From positions 28,470-92,469 of the forward strand of contig CAVXJY010000007.1 of NCBI GenBank assembly GCA_963761855.1: DNA of 64,000 nt, given 5' to 3'. Positions within the stretch are counted from its first letter, which is position 1. Every line of letters begins with the position of its first letter. The translations under genes and the position numbers were made by a program. Source of the DNA: Bryobacterales bacterium. Its GTDB lineage: Bacteria > Acidobacteriota > Terriglobia > Bryobacterales > Bryobacteraceae. The notes below the pieces were generated by a model, which was given only the letters and a program-made list of their open reading frames with translations, made no database searches and had not been told where the DNA came from. This document shows positions 63,405 to 64,000 of this stretch, piece after piece.

Positions 63405-63452
63405 TGGAGCTGGCGGAGGGATTTGAACCCCCGACCCTCTGATTACAAATCG
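63405..63452 (-). tRNA. 3' fragment (anticodon loop to CCA) of tRNA-Thr(UGU); the 5' half is absent
   Basis: Minus strand reads GA-TTTGTAA-TCAGA-GGGTC-GGGGG-TTCAAAT-CCCTC-CGCCAGC-T-CCA. The T-arm, 3' acceptor strand and CCA are intact, and the anticodon loop shows TGT. The upstream sequence cannot form the 5' anticodon stem, D-arm or 5' acceptor strand (no GCTGGCG). Confidence 0.7.
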
Positions 63453-63764
63453 TCAAGACACGTAAAATCAATAACTTACTCTGGGCATAGCTGAATAGCT
63501 CCGAACGGCTACGTTGTATTACGGCCTCAGTGATTTACCCGCGAACATCGCCTGGGATCGTAGCAAGGTGGAACAGTCCATCTAAGCGCGGGGTAGGCAT
63601 AGCATCGGGCATAGCGTCCGCCGCCCAGATACTGGCGATTGACAATCTGGTACGGCGTGCGCCCAAGAAAATGGAACAAGCGGACAGATCCCGGCCGGCT
63701 AGTTCGGGCGTCATGAACTCTACCGCTTTCACGATCTGGGCCACCAGAGCATTACGTCACATAC

Positions 63765-64000
63765 TCAGCCACGCTTTCGACCCGGTTTCCCTATCTCGAC
63801 AACCTTGCCCTTTGCCCTAGCCCTCGCTTTTAGGTTTCGCCACTGGCACTGCAGGCTGCAATACTTCGCTTGATAGGCAGAGGTGACGAACAGGCTTGCA
63901 CAGGCAGCACAGCGGAGAATACGGCTACCGCCTGCCAAATCCTGTGCGGCCATCATCGCGAGGGCCGACAGCAAAGACGGATACGTTGGCCTGAGCACGA
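63765..64000 (-). CDS. hypothetical protein fragment with a Cys4 zinc-ribbon-like C-terminus; 5' end probably outside the window
   Basis: ORF open to the window edge. RCAACASLFVTSAYQAKYCSLQCQWRNLKARARAK (CxxC...CxxxC followed by a basic tail). Confidence 0.3.
   Translation of the reverse strand, partial: VLRPTYPSLLSALAMMAAQDLAGGSRILRCAACASLFVTSAYQAKYCSLQCQWRNLKARARAKGKVVEIGKPGRKRG

Noticed and set aside
63295-63471. N-terminal extension of the VWA ORF (MILRVLTICNQRVGGSNPSASS...)
   Set aside because: The QRVGGSNPS stretch is the classic translation of a tRNA T-arm. The extension reads through the tRNA-Thr fragment, and the internal ATG 63294 gives a proper signal peptide.

Overview
High-GC (about 60% by eye) bacterial chromosome segment. 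It is probably Acidobacteriota (Terriglobia-like), an inference from a VWFA-related acidobacterial-type protein, an SBBP beta-propeller repeat protein and the general gene content. Layout, left to right:
(1) 1-7.2 kb: housekeeping and carbohydrate genes (cyclase fragment, divergent GH3 and GH31 hydrolases, class I fumarate hydratase, DinB).
(2) 7.3-13.5 kb, minus strand: a mutL-dprA-topA string. mutL carries a visible 1-nt frameshift and topA a large insertion inside a zinc ribbon.
(3) 13.6-16.0 kb: VOC protein, MFS sugar transporter and an ORF6N (phage-type) gene.
(4) 16.2-27.0 kb: rplA-rplJ-rplL-rpoB-rpoC without the usual nusG-rplK upstream. rpoB carries a four-Cys-pair zinc-ribbon insertion, and the AT-rich rpoB-rpoC spacer holds a long hairpin.
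(5) 27.1-44.5 kb, minus strand: a 17.4 kb Wzx/Wzy-type exopolysaccharide locus. It is headed by a specialised NusG paralog plus a MobC-like RHH protein, followed by Wzi, Wza, Wzz, methyltransferase, Wzx, acetyltransferase, Wzy, three glycosyltransferases, a DUF362 protein and a CapK-like adenylating enzyme.
(6) 44.8-48.6 kb: a 1262-aa secreted SBBP protein ending in five near-identical 348-354 bp tandem modules.
(7) 48.7-52.2 kb, minus strand: small membrane ORF, divergent Amt, YnfA, Wzm and Wzt.
(8) 52.4-59.4 kb: porin-APC permease pair, PP2C phosphatase, Hanks kinase, sugar-phosphate isomerase, aroE.
(9) 59.4-64.0 kb: an 830-bp gene-poor gap, an orphan LuxR-type response regulator, a VWA protein, and a 3' fragment of tRNA-Thr that looks like an integration-site scar with lower-GC DNA beyond it.
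No rRNA genes, CRISPR arrays or transposases were seen. All family assignments are by-eye motif recognition; no searches were run.
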